36,648 nt of DNA, taken from the NCBI GenBank assembly GCA_027323595.1, contig DAHWBL010000245.1:1-36648 (forward strand), read 5' to 3'. A model generated the notes under the pieces. That model was not told the origin of the DNA, ran no database searches, and was given only the letters and a program-made list of their open reading frames with translations. Made by a program: the position numbers and the translations under genes. Below, piece by piece: positions 9,213 to 18,434 of the stretch; within the stretch, counting starts at the first letter, position 1, and the number at the start of each line of letters is the position of its first letter. This stretch comes from Acetobacteraceae bacterium. Lineage in GTDB: Bacteria > Pseudomonadota > Alphaproteobacteria > Acetobacterales > Acetobacteraceae.

Positions 9213-10166
9213 ATGGCCATGGTGGGGCGATACGCGGAGCCGAACGCGACAGTGCCAACGGTCGCGATCCTGCTCTCCAGCTACAACGGCGCGCGCTATC
9301 TGGACCGCCAGCTCGCCAGCCTGCTGGGACAGACCCACACCGCCTGGCACCTGTTCTGGCGCGACGATGGCTCCACCGATGACAGCGTCGCCCTGCTGCG
9401 TCGCTTCGCCGCCGCCGCGCCGGGACGCTGCACCGAAATTCCTACCGATGAGCGTCTGGGCCTCACCCGCAGCTTCCTGCGCCTGCTCGCCGAGGCCGCC
9501 GGGTCCGGCGCGACCCACCTCGCCTTTTGCGACCAGGACGATGTGTGGCTGCCCGACAAGCTGGCACGCGGCATCACCGCCATGCGCGCCGTCGCGGCCG
9601 ACGCCCCCACGCTGTACTGCGCCAGCCACATCGCGGTGGACGCCGCACTGCGTCCCCGCCGCACCGCCGCGCCGCTGCGCCGCCCGCCCGGCTTTCCCGC
9701 CAGCCTCACCCACAACATCGCCGCCGGCTGCACCATCGTTCTCAACCGCCCCGCCGTCGCGCTGATCCTGGCCAGCGCGCCGCCCGCGGACACGCTGCAC
9801 GACTGGTGGAGCTACCTCGTGGTCAGCAGCGCCGGCGGCACCATCCTGGCCGACAGCACGCCGGTGCTGCTGTATCGCCAGCATGGCGGCAACGCGGTCG
9901 GCATCGCCGCCTCCATGTCCCGCCGCGCCTGGGCCGCCCTGCGCCGCGGGCCGGTCCCGTTCATGCGGCAATTGCGCGACCACGTGCGCGCCCTGCGCGA
10001 CCGCCCGCACACACTCAGCCCGCCCGCCCGCCAGCAGCTCGACCGCATCGCGCGCGCGCTCGCCGGCGGGCCGCTGGCCAAGGCGCTGGTCCTGCGCACC
10101 CCCGGATTACGCCGCCAGACCGGACTCGAAACCCTGGTGTTCCGCCTGTGGTTCCTGCTCGGCTGA
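9213..10166 (+). CDS. Family-2 glycosyltransferase (rhamnosyl/hexosyl-transferase-like)
   Basis: VAILLSSYNGARYLDRQLASLLGQT, WRDDGSTDDS and CDQDDVW (DxD) are the GT-A/GT2 signature. Divergent from the rfb operon. Confidence 0.8.
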   Translation: MAMVGRYAEPNATVPTVAILLSSYNGARYLDRQLASLLGQTHTAWHLFWRDDGSTDDSVALLRRFAAAAPGRCTEIPTDERLGLTRSFLRLLAEAAGSGATHLAFCDQDDVWLPDKLARGITAMRAVAADAPTLYCASHIAVDAALRPRRTAAPLRRPPGFPASLTHNIAAGCTIVLNRPAVALILASAPPADTLHDWWSYLVVSSAGGTILADSTPVLLYRQHGGNAVGIAASMSRRAWAALRRGPVPFMRQLRDHVRALRDRPHTLSPPARQQLDRIARALAGGPLAKALVLRTPGLRRQTGLETLVFRLWFLLG

Positions 10167-10173
10167 CGCCAGC

Positions 10174-11175
10174 TCACACCCCGTAATAGCGCCGGTACCA
10201 AGCCACGAACGCCGGCACCCCCACGCTGATCGGCGTCGCCGGGCAATAGCCGGTCAGTTGCTCCAGCAAGGTCGGGTCCGCCCAGGTCTTGACCACCTCG
10301 CCAGGCTGCATCGGCAGATCGTTGCGGATCGCCGCCCGCCCCACCGCCGCCTCGACCGCGGCGATGAAATCGCCCAGCGCCACCGGCTGGCCGCCGCCGA
10401 TATTGACCACCCGGAACGGCGCCACCGCCGACAGACTGTCGCGCGCGCCGACCCTTGCCCCCTGCTCGGGCACGCACCCGGCCAGCCGCACGATGGCCTC
10501 GGCCAGATCATCGACATAGGTGAAATCGCGCGCCATCGCGCCATGGTTGTGCACATCGATCGGCTCGCCCGCCAGGATCGCGCGGGTGAAACGAAACAGT
10601 GCCATGTCCGGCCGGACCCATGGCCCATAGACGGTGAAAAAGCGGAACATGGTGGTCGGCACCCGCCACAGATGCGCGGCCGAGTGCGCGAGCAGCTCGC
10701 CCGCCCGCTTGGTGGCGGCATAGATCGTGAGCGGTGTGTCCGCGCTGTCCATCTCGGTGAACGGCATCGCCTGGCTCGCGCCATAGACCGAACTCGTCGA
10801 TGCCATCAGCAGATGCCGCACCCCCGCGGCGCGCGACAGCTCCACCACCTGATGCGTGCCGATCAAATTCGCCTGCACGTAGCTGTCCGGGTCGGTGATC
10901 GCGTGCCGCACCCCCGCCTGGGCCGCGAGATGGATCACCATCTCCGGCGCGCCGGCCGCGAACACCGTGCGCAGCGCCGCCCGGTCCGCCACATCGGCCA
11001 GGTGAAAGCGAAATGCCGGATACGCCGCCAGCCGCTCCAGCCGCGCCTGTTTCAACCGCACGTCGTAATAGGGCGTGAGATTGTCCGCGCCATGCACCAC
11101 GTGGCCGGCATCGAGCAGCCGCCGCGCCAGGTGATAGCCGATGAAGCCGGCGGCGCCGGTGATCAGGAAATTCAT
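10174..11175 (-). CDS. NAD-dependent epimerase/dehydratase, UDP-glucuronate 4-epimerase-like
   Basis: MNFLITGAAGFIGYHLARRLL, TPYYDVRLKQARLERL, YAATKRAGE (YxxxK). 333 aa. Confidence 0.85.
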   Translation of the reverse strand: MNFLITGAAGFIGYHLARRLLDAGHVVHGADNLTPYYDVRLKQARLERLAAYPAFRFHLADVADRAALRTVFAAGAPEMVIHLAAQAGVRHAITDPDSYVQANLIGTHQVVELSRAAGVRHLLMASTSSVYGASQAMPFTEMDSADTPLTIYAATKRAGELLAHSAAHLWRVPTTMFRFFTVYGPWVRPDMALFRFTRAILAGEPIDVHNHGAMARDFTYVDDLAEAIVRLAGCVPEQGARVGARDSLSAVAPFRVVNIGGGQPVALGDFIAAVEAAVGRAAIRNDLPMQPGEVVKTWADPTLLEQLTGYCPATPISVGVPAFVAWYRRYYGV

Positions 11176-11304
11176 GGGACCACATCAACAAATGAGCCCT
11201 ATCCATGCCGCCCCGCGCCCGACTTGTCCACGCCACGCCGCCCCCCTGGCGCGCGCGCGGTTTCGGCCGCAAGATCGCGCCCGCCCACCGCCGAGGAAAC
11301 ACCA

Positions 11305-12213
11305 ATGTCGGACGCCCCTCCCATCCCCGCCGATCTGCGCGCCTGGCTCGCCGAGATCGGGCCGCGCTGGCTGGACGACACCGCCGGCAACGTGGGCGCG
11401 GTCACCGAGCGCTTCAGCGCGCTGCACCGCGCCGCGCCGCGCCCGCCGCTGCGCGAAACCCTCGATCTGCCCTATGGTCCGCACGAGCGCCACCGGCTGG
11501 ACGTGCACGCCCCGCGCACGCCCGGCCCGGACGCGCCGGCGGTCATCTTCGTGCATGGCGGCGGCTTCACCGACGGGCATCGCAACCGCACACCCGAAAT
11601 CTATGCCAACGTCGCGCGCTATTTCGCCCGCCACGGCATGGTCGGCATCAATATCGGCTACCGCCTCGCCCCGCAGAGCATCTTTCCAGGCGGCACCAGC
11701 GACATCGCCGACGCGGTCGGCTGGACCCACGCCAACGCCGAGCGCCTGGGCATCGATCCGACACGGATTTTCCTGATGGGCCACTCGGCCGGCGGCGCGC
11801 ATGTGGCGAGCTACGCCTACGACCGCCGCTTCCGCCCCGCCGACGGGCGCTTCATCGCCGGCGCGCTGCTGATCTCAAGCCGCGTGCGCGCCGACAACGC
11901 CCCCGACAACACCAACGCCCGCCGCGTCGAGGCCTATTACGGCACCGACGCATCGGTGTTCGACGACGTCTCCGGTGTCAGCCATGTCGATGCACACGCA
12001 CCGCCGAGCTTCGTCGCCTGGTCGGAATTCGAGAACAAGCTGATCGACATGTACAGCGCCGAACTGGTCTATCGCCTCGCCCAGGTCCGCCGGCGCACCC
12101 CGCCCATGCTGTATCTGCCCGGCCACAACCACACCTCGATCATCGCCCACCTCGACACCGCGGAGGATGCGCTGGGCGCGGCGATGCGCGACTTCATCGC
12201 CGACCCCAGATAG
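11305..12213 (+). CDS. Alpha/beta hydrolase, HSL/esterase-lipase (HGGG) type
   Basis: ORF track 9883-12213 trimmed to ATG 11305, with GAGGAAAC upstream; everything before it is antisense to the epimerase. Oxyanion motif VIFVHGGGFTDG and nucleophile elbow MGHSAGG. Confidence 0.8.
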   Translation: MSDAPPIPADLRAWLAEIGPRWLDDTAGNVGAVTERFSALHRAAPRPPLRETLDLPYGPHERHRLDVHAPRTPGPDAPAVIFVHGGGFTDGHRNRTPEIYANVARYFARHGMVGINIGYRLAPQSIFPGGTSDIADAVGWTHANAERLGIDPTRIFLMGHSAGGAHVASYAYDRRFRPADGRFIAGALLISSRVRADNAPDNTNARRVEAYYGTDASVFDDVSGVSHVDAHAPPSFVAWSEFENKLIDMYSAELVYRLAQVRRRTPPMLYLPGHNHTSIIAHLDTAEDALGAAMRDFIADPR

Positions 12214-12218
12214 GACGA

Positions 12219-13142
12219 TTAACGCGGCGCGTTGGTCTCGCGCTGCTCATTGATCCCGACCGGGCGCGCCACCCCCCAGAAATTGGTCGTCGGCGTCCCC
12301 GGCGGCCACACCTTGGGACGCTGCGGACGATCCTTGTGCCACGGCCGCGGATCGAACCAACCCAGGCTCTCGTCGCTCATCTGGTCCAGCTCGGTGAACA
12401 GCTCCACCATGATGCCGTCGGGATTGGTGTGATAGGTGTAGATGTTGTGCCCCGGCCCGTGCCGCCCGGGCCCCCAGCTCAGATGCAGATCATGCCGATC
12501 GAGCTCGTCGCAGGCATGCTTCACATGGGTCCAGTCGTTCAGTTCGAACGCGATATGATGCATCCGCCGCACCGGGCCATGCAGAAAATTCACCGTGTGA
12601 TGGTCCGGCCCGCAGCGCAGGAACACAAAAAAATCGCCGATCCAGTCCGACACGCGAAACCCCAGCGCGGTCTGATAAAATTCGACGGTCTTCTGCACAT
12701 CGGGCGCGAAAAACGCGGTATGGCCAAGCTTGCGCGGCACCACGCCGCAGGTCGCCGCGCGCGGCACCGGCGGCAGCGCGTTGTGCACGCACACGCGCAC
12801 CCCGGCCGGATCGGTCACGGGCACCTGCGCGGCCACCCCCGGCCCAACATCGCTCACCCGCTCGGGCGACAGCCCAAGCCCGCGCAGATGATGCTCGACC
12901 TCGGCCAGATCATCCTGCGGACCGATCTGCAACCCGATCTGCCCGCAATGTGCCGCCTCGCCCGCCGGGTGCTGCGATGCATTCAGCACCACCGACAGCG
13001 CATCGCCCGGACAGGCGAGCCAGGCGGTTCCGCCGACCCGGTCGAGCAGCGACAATCCAAGAACATTCGTGTAGTAATCAACCGATTTTTCGATGTCACC
13101 ACTGTCGAAACTGGCGAAGCCGATGCGCCGGATCGGGATCAT
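12219..13142 (-). CDS. Type I extradiol ring-cleavage dioxygenase (two-domain VOC/glyoxalase fold)
   Basis: ORF track 12219-14108 trimmed to ATG 13142, with GGGAGG SD upstream. Two VOC repeats. Candidate Fe ligands are in LGHTAFF, MHHIAFEL and MVELFTE. 307 aa. Confidence 0.8.
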   Translation of the reverse strand: MIPIRRIGFASFDSGDIEKSVDYYTNVLGLSLLDRVGGTAWLACPGDALSVVLNASQHPAGEAAHCGQIGLQIGPQDDLAEVEHHLRGLGLSPERVSDVGPGVAAQVPVTDPAGVRVCVHNALPPVPRAATCGVVPRKLGHTAFFAPDVQKTVEFYQTALGFRVSDWIGDFFVFLRCGPDHHTVNFLHGPVRRMHHIAFELNDWTHVKHACDELDRHDLHLSWGPGRHGPGHNIYTYHTNPDGIMVELFTELDQMSDESLGWFDPRPWHKDRPQRPKVWPPGTPTTNFWGVARPVGINEQRETNAPR

Positions 13143-13289
13143 TTTCGTGCCTCCCTGAAACCGCGCCAGCTTGCCGCCTCGGCCATATCTTGTCCAGACC
13201 GCCGCCGCGAGGCTTGCCGCGCGCAACCGCCCATCCGATAACAGCACCAACGCCGAACCAGGGGGGCGACACTGACACATATCGGATTC

Positions 13290-14126
13290 GTGCTTCTCTA
13301 TGGCGTATCCTACGGCGTGGTGCTCTTCACCATTTCCGTCGGGCTGACCGTCACGCTCGGGCTGATGCGCGTGATGAACCTCGCGCACGGCGCGCTCGCC
13401 GCCGCGGGGGGCTACACCGCCCTCGCGCTTGCCGGCACCGCGCTGCCATATCCGCTGGCAATCGCGGCGGCGACCATCGCGGTTGCCGCGAGCGGGGTGG
13501 TGCTCGAACGTCTGGTCATCGCCCGGCTCTATGGCGCGAGCGAACTCGACCAGGCGCTGCTGACCATCGGGCTGATGTTCGTCTGCGTCGCCGCGCTCAA
13601 CTGGCTGTTCGGCCCCGCCGTCATGCCCGCGCGACTTCCAGATTTCCTCGCCCGCAGCGTGATCGTTGGAGACCTCACCATCCAGCTCTATCGCCTTTCC
13701 ATGATCGCGCTCGGCGCGGTGCTGCTGGCCGGGCTGTGGGCGGTGTTCGCCCATACCGGCTTTGGCGCCCGGCTGCGCGCCGCGGTGGACAACCCCTCGA
13801 TGGCCGGTGTCGTCGGCATCAGGGTCCCTGCCCTGTTCACCGCCGCCTTTTGCCTGGGCAGCGGCCTTGCCGCGTTCGGCGGGGCGGTCGGCGCGCCGAT
13901 GCTGCCGATGGAACCGACCTATCCGTTTCGCTATCTCACCCTGGTGCTGGTGGTGGTGAGCCTCGCCGGATCGGGCGAGATCATCGGCTGCGCCATCGCC
14001 GCGATCGCGGTCGGCATCCTCGACACCGCCGCGCGCAGCTACCTGCCCGTCGCCGGCGGCTTCACCATCTATCTGCTGCTGCTGGCCGCGTTGCCCTGGC
14101 AGCAACATCGCAAGGGCTTCGCATGA
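13290..14126 (+). CDS. livH: Branched-chain/hydrophobic amino acid-type ABC permease (HAAT family, LivH-like)
   Basis: GTG start. LGLMRVMNLAHGALAAAGGY and the overall polytopic profile are typical of LivH. 278 aa. Confidence 0.85.
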   Translation: MLLYGVSYGVVLFTISVGLTVTLGLMRVMNLAHGALAAAGGYTALALAGTALPYPLAIAAATIAVAASGVVLERLVIARLYGASELDQALLTIGLMFVCVAALNWLFGPAVMPARLPDFLARSVIVGDLTIQLYRLSMIALGAVLLAGLWAVFAHTGFGARLRAAVDNPSMAGVVGIRVPALFTAAFCLGSGLAAFGGAVGAPMLPMEPTYPFRYLTLVLVVVSLAGSGEIIGCAIAAIAVGILDTAARSYLPVAGGFTIYLLLLAALPWQQHRKGFA

Positions 14127-15073
14127 GCGGCCTGCTCGATCGCCATCGCTGGGCCTGGCCCGAGGCGATGTTCTGGTGCGGCTGGATCGCGGTGTTTTTT
14201 CTATTCCCTGACCGGCTGTCTCTGTCCACCCAGATACTGATCTGGTCGATGTTTGCGCTGTCGCTCGACCTGGTCATGGGATTTTGCGGAATCCTCAGTC
14301 TGGGACAGGCGTTTTTCTTCGGCGTCGGCGCCTATGCAACCGCCTGGACCGCGCTGCTCGGCTGGCATGAGCCGATCTCGGCAGCCCTCGTCGGCGCCGC
14401 CGTCGCAGCGCTTGCCGCACTGCCGCTGGGGCTGCTGGTGCTCGGTCTGTCGGGCCTGCGCCAGATCATGGCCACCCTGGCCATCGGCGCGCTGGGTCTG
14501 GAGGCCGCCAACCGCGCGGCCGGGGTCACCGGCGGCGATGACGGGCTGCAAGGCTTCGGCTTCGCGCCGCTGCTCGGGCATTTCCGCTGGTCGATCTTCG
14601 GGCAAACCTCGTTCTTCTATGCGCTCACCGGCTTCGCACTGGTTTTTCTGCTGCTGCGCCATCTCCTCGCAGCCCCGTTCGGCATCACCTTGCAGGGCAT
14701 TCGCGACAATGCGACGCGCATGCGCATGCTCGGCGTTCGCGTCGGACGCTATCGCCTGCTCGCCTGGACCATCGGGGCCGCCATCGCCGGGCTCGCCGGC
14801 GCGCTCGGCGCGCAGACCACGCGCTTCGTCGGGCTCGATTCCATGTCGCTGGACGCATCGATCGCGGTGCTGGTCATGCTCGTCGTCGGCGGCACCGGCC
14901 GACTCTATGGCGGGCCCATCGGGGCGGCGGTCTACATGATCGTGCACGACCAGGCCGCCAACTGGAATCCCTATCACTGGATGGCCGCCATCGGCGTGCT
15001 GCTGATCCTGGTCGTGCGCCTTGGCCGCGGCGGCCTGCTGGGTCTGATGGAGCAGGCATGGGCGCGCTTCTGA
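14123..15073 (+). CDS. livM: HAAT-family ABC permease (LivM-like)
   Basis: ORF track 12950-15073 trimmed to ATG 14123, which overlaps the livH stop (ATGA). LSLDLVMGFCGILSLGQAFFFGVGAY, GITLQGIRDNATRMRMLG. Confidence 0.85.
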   Translation: MSGLLDRHRWAWPEAMFWCGWIAVFFLFPDRLSLSTQILIWSMFALSLDLVMGFCGILSLGQAFFFGVGAYATAWTALLGWHEPISAALVGAAVAALAALPLGLLVLGLSGLRQIMATLAIGALGLEAANRAAGVTGGDDGLQGFGFAPLLGHFRWSIFGQTSFFYALTGFALVFLLLRHLLAAPFGITLQGIRDNATRMRMLGVRVGRYRLLAWTIGAAIAGLAGALGAQTTRFVGLDSMSLDASIAVLVMLVVGGTGRLYGGPIGAAVYMIVHDQAANWNPYHWMAAIGVLLILVVRLGRGGLLGLMEQAWARF

Positions 15074-15804
15074 TCGCTGATCGGCTGACCAAAAATTTCG
15101 GCGCGCTCCGCGTCGCCGACCAGCTCTGCCTGTCGCTTCACACCGGCGCGCGACACGCCGTGATCGGCCCCAACGGCGCGGGCAAGACCGGCCTCGTGGG
15201 CCTGCTGTCGGGCACGCTGCGGCTTGATGCGGGCAGCATCCTTCTGGACCAGCGCGACATCACCCGCCTGCCGCCGGACGCGCGGGTGCGCGCGGGGCTG
15301 GTGCGTTCGTTCCAGGTAACCAACCTTTTCCCAAACCTGCGTGTGCGCGAGAACATGTTTCTGGCCATCGCCGCGGCGAGCGGCCAGTGCGGCAGCATCG
15401 GGCGCGCCGCCGGGCGCCGCGCGGACCTTCTGGTGGCCACCGATGCCGCGCTCGACCGGCTGAAACTGCTGCCGCTCGCCCATCGCCGGTTGGGCGAAAT
15501 CGCCTACGGCCAGCAGCGTCTCGTCGAACTTGCGCTCACTCTTGCGTTGCATCCGCGGATGCTCCTGCTCGACGAACCCGCCGCCGGCATTCCGGGCAAC
15601 GAAACCCATCTTCTGCTCGATGCGATCGAGGCCCTGCCGGCGGATCTCGCGTTCCTGCTGATCGACCATGACATGCAGTTGGTTCGCCGCTTCGCCCGCG
15701 CCATCACCGTCATGGCGCGCGGCCGTGTGCTCGCCGAGGGCGCACCCGACGACATCCTGAGCGATCCGCTGGTGCGCGCCGCCTATCTCGGCGCGGGGCC
15801 ATAG
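15058..15804 (+). CDS. livG: HAAT-family ABC ATPase (LivG-like)
   Basis: Walker A GPNGAGKT, signature-like YGQQRLVELA, Walker B LLLDEPAAG. Overlaps livM by 16 nt. Confidence 0.9.
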   Translation: MGALLIADRLTKNFGALRVADQLCLSLHTGARHAVIGPNGAGKTGLVGLLSGTLRLDAGSILLDQRDITRLPPDARVRAGLVRSFQVTNLFPNLRVRENMFLAIAAASGQCGSIGRAAGRRADLLVATDAALDRLKLLPLAHRRLGEIAYGQQRLVELALTLALHPRMLLLDEPAAGIPGNETHLLLDAIEALPADLAFLLIDHDMQLVRRFARAITVMARGRVLAEGAPDDILSDPLVRAAYLGAGP

Positions 15805-15807
15805 CAG

Positions 15808-16509
15808 ATGCTGCGCATCGACTCTCTGAGCGGCGGCTGGGGGGCCACGACCATCATCGACGGATGCAGCCTGCATCTGGCACAAGGAGAAATCTGCGCG
15901 CTGCTCGGGCGCAATGGCGTCGGCAAGACCACGCTGCTGGAACTCATCACCGGACGCGCCCGCCATCGCGCCGGCGGCATCCGGATGAACGGGAAAAACC
16001 TCGTCGGCACCGCGCTGCATGTCCGCGCGCGCGCCGGACTCGCGCATGTGCCGCAACAGCGCGAGGTGTTTCCCAGCCTCACCGTCGCCGAAAATCTCGA
16101 CGTCGCGGCCCGCCCCGGAAGCTGGACACGTCGCCGGCTTCTCGATCTGTTTCCCTCGCTCGCCGCGCGGCTGCACGCCCGGGCCGCCCATCTGTCGGGC
16201 GGCGAACAGCAGATGCTGGCCATCGCCCGCGCGCTCGCCTCCAACCCTTGCCTGCTGCTGATGGACGAGCCGTCCGAGGGCCTCGCTCCGGTGGTGGTCG
16301 AACAACTGGTCGCCGCGATCCGCGCCATGGCCACCGACGGGCTCACCATCCTGCTGGTCGAACAGAATTTCCATGTCGCGATCGCATTGTCCGACCGCTG
16401 CCTGGTGATGGAACGCGGCCGCATCGTTCACGATGGCCCCAGCACCGCCCTGCGACGTTCGCCATCCGACCTCGCGGATTTGCTGTTCCAGAGCAACATC
16501 ATAACCTAG
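15808..16509 (+). CDS. livF: HAAT-family ABC ATPase (LivF-like)
   Basis: Walker A GRNGVGKTT, signature LSGGEQQMLAIARAL, Walker B LLLMDEPSEGLAP. Confidence 0.9.
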   Translation: MLRIDSLSGGWGATTIIDGCSLHLAQGEICALLGRNGVGKTTLLELITGRARHRAGGIRMNGKNLVGTALHVRARAGLAHVPQQREVFPSLTVAENLDVAARPGSWTRRRLLDLFPSLAARLHARAAHLSGGEQQMLAIARALASNPCLLLMDEPSEGLAPVVVEQLVAAIRAMATDGLTILLVEQNFHVAIALSDRCLVMERGRIVHDGPSTALRRSPSDLADLLFQSNIIT

Positions 16510-17282
16510 ACCAACATCGCGGCCCCAGGGTCGCGCGCGACCCAGCGCGTCATGCGTCGCTCCAGCACCGCGGCGATGGCATACAGCGCCACCCCCATGC
16601 ACGCCACCAGCAGCAGGGCGGCGAACACCAACGGCACGCGAAAACTGGCACTCGCGGAAATCATCAGATATCCGATGCCACGATTGGAAGCGATGGTTTC
16701 AGAAACGATCGCGCCCACGAACGCCAGCGCGATGGCAATTTTCAGGCTGGCAAAAAAATACGGCGCCGATCGCGGCAGCCCGACCTTGCGGATCACATCA
16801 AGACGGCTTGCGCCAAGCGCGCGCAGCACATCGGCGAGTTCCGGCTCCAGCCCCGAGATCCCGACCGCCAGATTGACGGTGATCGGAAAAAACGCGAGCA
16901 GGAACGCTGCCAAGGTCGCCGGCACCGCGCCCGCGCCGAACCACATCACCAGCACCGGCACCAGCGCCACCTTCGGCACCGCGTTGAATCCGACCAGCAG
17001 CGGATTCAACGCATGGTACAACATCGCAGACGCACCAAGCACAATTCCCAACACCCCGCCGAGCAGCACCGCCAGCGCGAACCCGCCAAGCGTGCTGGCA
17101 AGCGTGATCCAGGCATTGTCCCAGATCGCCGGCCAGAACCGAACCAGCGCGACGATCGCCGCACTTGGCGGCGGCAGGATGAATTCGGGCACGCCCAGCA
17201 GCCGCGTCAGCGCCTCCCAGCCGCCGAAAAACGCCACCCCGGCAAGCCACGGCCCGTAGCGATATCCAAAACTCACCCGCAC
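16506..17282 (-). CDS. NitT/TauT-family ABC permease (SsuC/TauC-like)
   Basis: ORF track 16506-17390. I prefer GTG 17282 because the ATG at 17333 would overlap the upstream gene by 26 nt; the start is uncertain. EAA-type loop LRALGASRLDVIRKVGLPRSAPYFF. Confidence 0.8.
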   Translation of the reverse strand: MRVSFGYRYGPWLAGVAFFGGWEALTRLLGVPEFILPPPSAAIVALVRFWPAIWDNAWITLASTLGGFALAVLLGGVLGIVLGASAMLYHALNPLLVGFNAVPKVALVPVLVMWFGAGAVPATLAAFLLAFFPITVNLAVGISGLEPELADVLRALGASRLDVIRKVGLPRSAPYFFASLKIAIALAFVGAIVSETIASNRGIGYLMISASASFRVPLVFAALLLVACMGVALYAIAAVLERRMTRWVARDPGAAMLV

Positions 17283-17307
17283 AGGCCTGCCATGTCGCGC
17301 ACCGCCA

Positions 17308-18309
17308 TCACGGCAACCGCCGAGACGACACATCCGGCAGATAGTCGGTGCTGACCAGCTCCGCCTGGGTAGGCGGCGTCGCCAGCCCATAGGCCGCCGC
17401 GTTCAGATCGATGGTCGCCTGCACCCGCGCCGGGTCGAGCGTGCCCCAGCCATGCGCCTTGATGAAGGGCGTCACGAACGCGGTGTCGATCACCATGTCC
17501 TGCCGCGCGCGCTCCACCGCCGGGTCCAGCAGCCGGTCGCGCTTGACCACATCGGCGATCGCCGAGGGCCGGTCGGTGATCGCGCTGTTCAATCCCTGCA
17601 TGGTCGCGACAATGAACTTGCGGATCGTGTCGGCATGCTCACCCGCCCAGCCCTGCCGCACCAGCAGCGATGAGCCGTAAACGTCCACCCCCAGATCAGC
17701 ATAGGACAGCGTCACGATCTGGTCCTGCGGCACGCCGGCGCCGACAAGGTTGAAGATCGAGGTGATCGTGTAGCCGCTCACCGCGTCGTCACGCCCCTGC
17801 ACCACCATCGAATCGCGCAGGTTCGGCGCATAGATGTTCCATCTCACCTTGGCCGGATCGATGTTGTTGGCCTTTGCGAAGGCCGGGAACAACAGCCGCG
17901 CGACATCGGCCTGCGCACCCGCGATGCTGCGCCCGACCAGGTCGGACGGCGCGCGGATTCCGCTTTTCCTCAGCGCCATGATCGCGGCCATGGTGCGATC
18001 ATAGATCTGGAACACCCCGATCACCCGGTTGTCGGGATGCAGCGCGTTGAACTCCACCAACGCGTTGATGTCGGCAAATCCGATATCGTAGGTACCAGAA
18101 GCAACCTTTGCGATGGTGTCGGTCACCCCGAAGCCGCGCTCCATCGTCACCGCAAGCCCCTGCTTCTGATAGAACCCAAGGTCGGCTGCCTGCACGAAGC
18201 CGCCGTGATACCCCTGGAACGACCAGTCGATCGAAAACTTCACCGGCGTCTGCGCCAGCACCGGAAAGGCCACCAGCGCCATGCCAAAACACATCAATCG
18301 CGCGATCAT
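17308..18309 (-). CDS. NitT/TauT-family periplasmic substrate-binding protein (NMT1/THI5-like)
   Basis: Signal peptide MIARLMCFGMALVAFPVLAQ, then KFSIDWSFQGYHGGFVQAADLGFYQKQGL, typical of SsuA/ThiY-like binding proteins. Confidence 0.85.
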   Translation of the reverse strand: MIARLMCFGMALVAFPVLAQTPVKFSIDWSFQGYHGGFVQAADLGFYQKQGLAVTMERGFGVTDTIAKVASGTYDIGFADINALVEFNALHPDNRVIGVFQIYDRTMAAIMALRKSGIRAPSDLVGRSIAGAQADVARLLFPAFAKANNIDPAKVRWNIYAPNLRDSMVVQGRDDAVSGYTITSIFNLVGAGVPQDQIVTLSYADLGVDVYGSSLLVRQGWAGEHADTIRKFIVATMQGLNSAITDRPSAIADVVKRDRLLDPAVERARQDMVIDTAFVTPFIKAHGWGTLDPARVQATIDLNAAAYGLATPPTQAELVSTDYLPDVSSRRLP

Positions 18310-18400
18310 CAGACCCGCCCCTCGTTTGCTGCACCGCAGCGTAACCCAACCGGCGCGACACGCAACATATCTTGACGATACGCCTTGACCCCCAGGCGAT

Positions 18401-18418
18401 TTGAACGTATACGGTCAA
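18401..18418. promoter_or_regulatory. Candidate MarR operator TTGAACGTATACGGTCAA
   Basis: 18-bp palindrome, 16/18 self-complementary with a perfect CGTATACG core. It lies 17 nt upstream of the MarR ATG, just before SD AAGGGAGGG. A related half-site, TTGACGATACG, lies at 18372-18382. It sits in the divergent region shared with the binding-protein gene. Confidence 0.5.
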
Positions 18419-18434
18419 TCAAGGGAGGGCGCTC

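Noticed and set aside
9883-11304. N-terminal extension of the 776-aa ORF containing the hydrolase
   Set aside because: Antisense to the epimerase gene. A good SD plus ATG at 11305 gives a normal 302-aa alpha/beta hydrolase.
11205-13241. 678-aa plus-strand ORF
   Set aside because: Out of frame with the hydrolase and antisense to the dioxygenase, and Arg/Pro/His-rich. This is a shadow ORF.
13143-14108. N-terminal extension of the 629-aa ORF containing the dioxygenase
   Set aside because: Antisense to livH. GGGAGG plus ATG at 13142 gives a standard 307-aa extradiol dioxygenase.
14974-16602. 542-aa minus-strand ORF
   Set aside because: Antisense to livG/livF, which have clear Walker and signature motifs.
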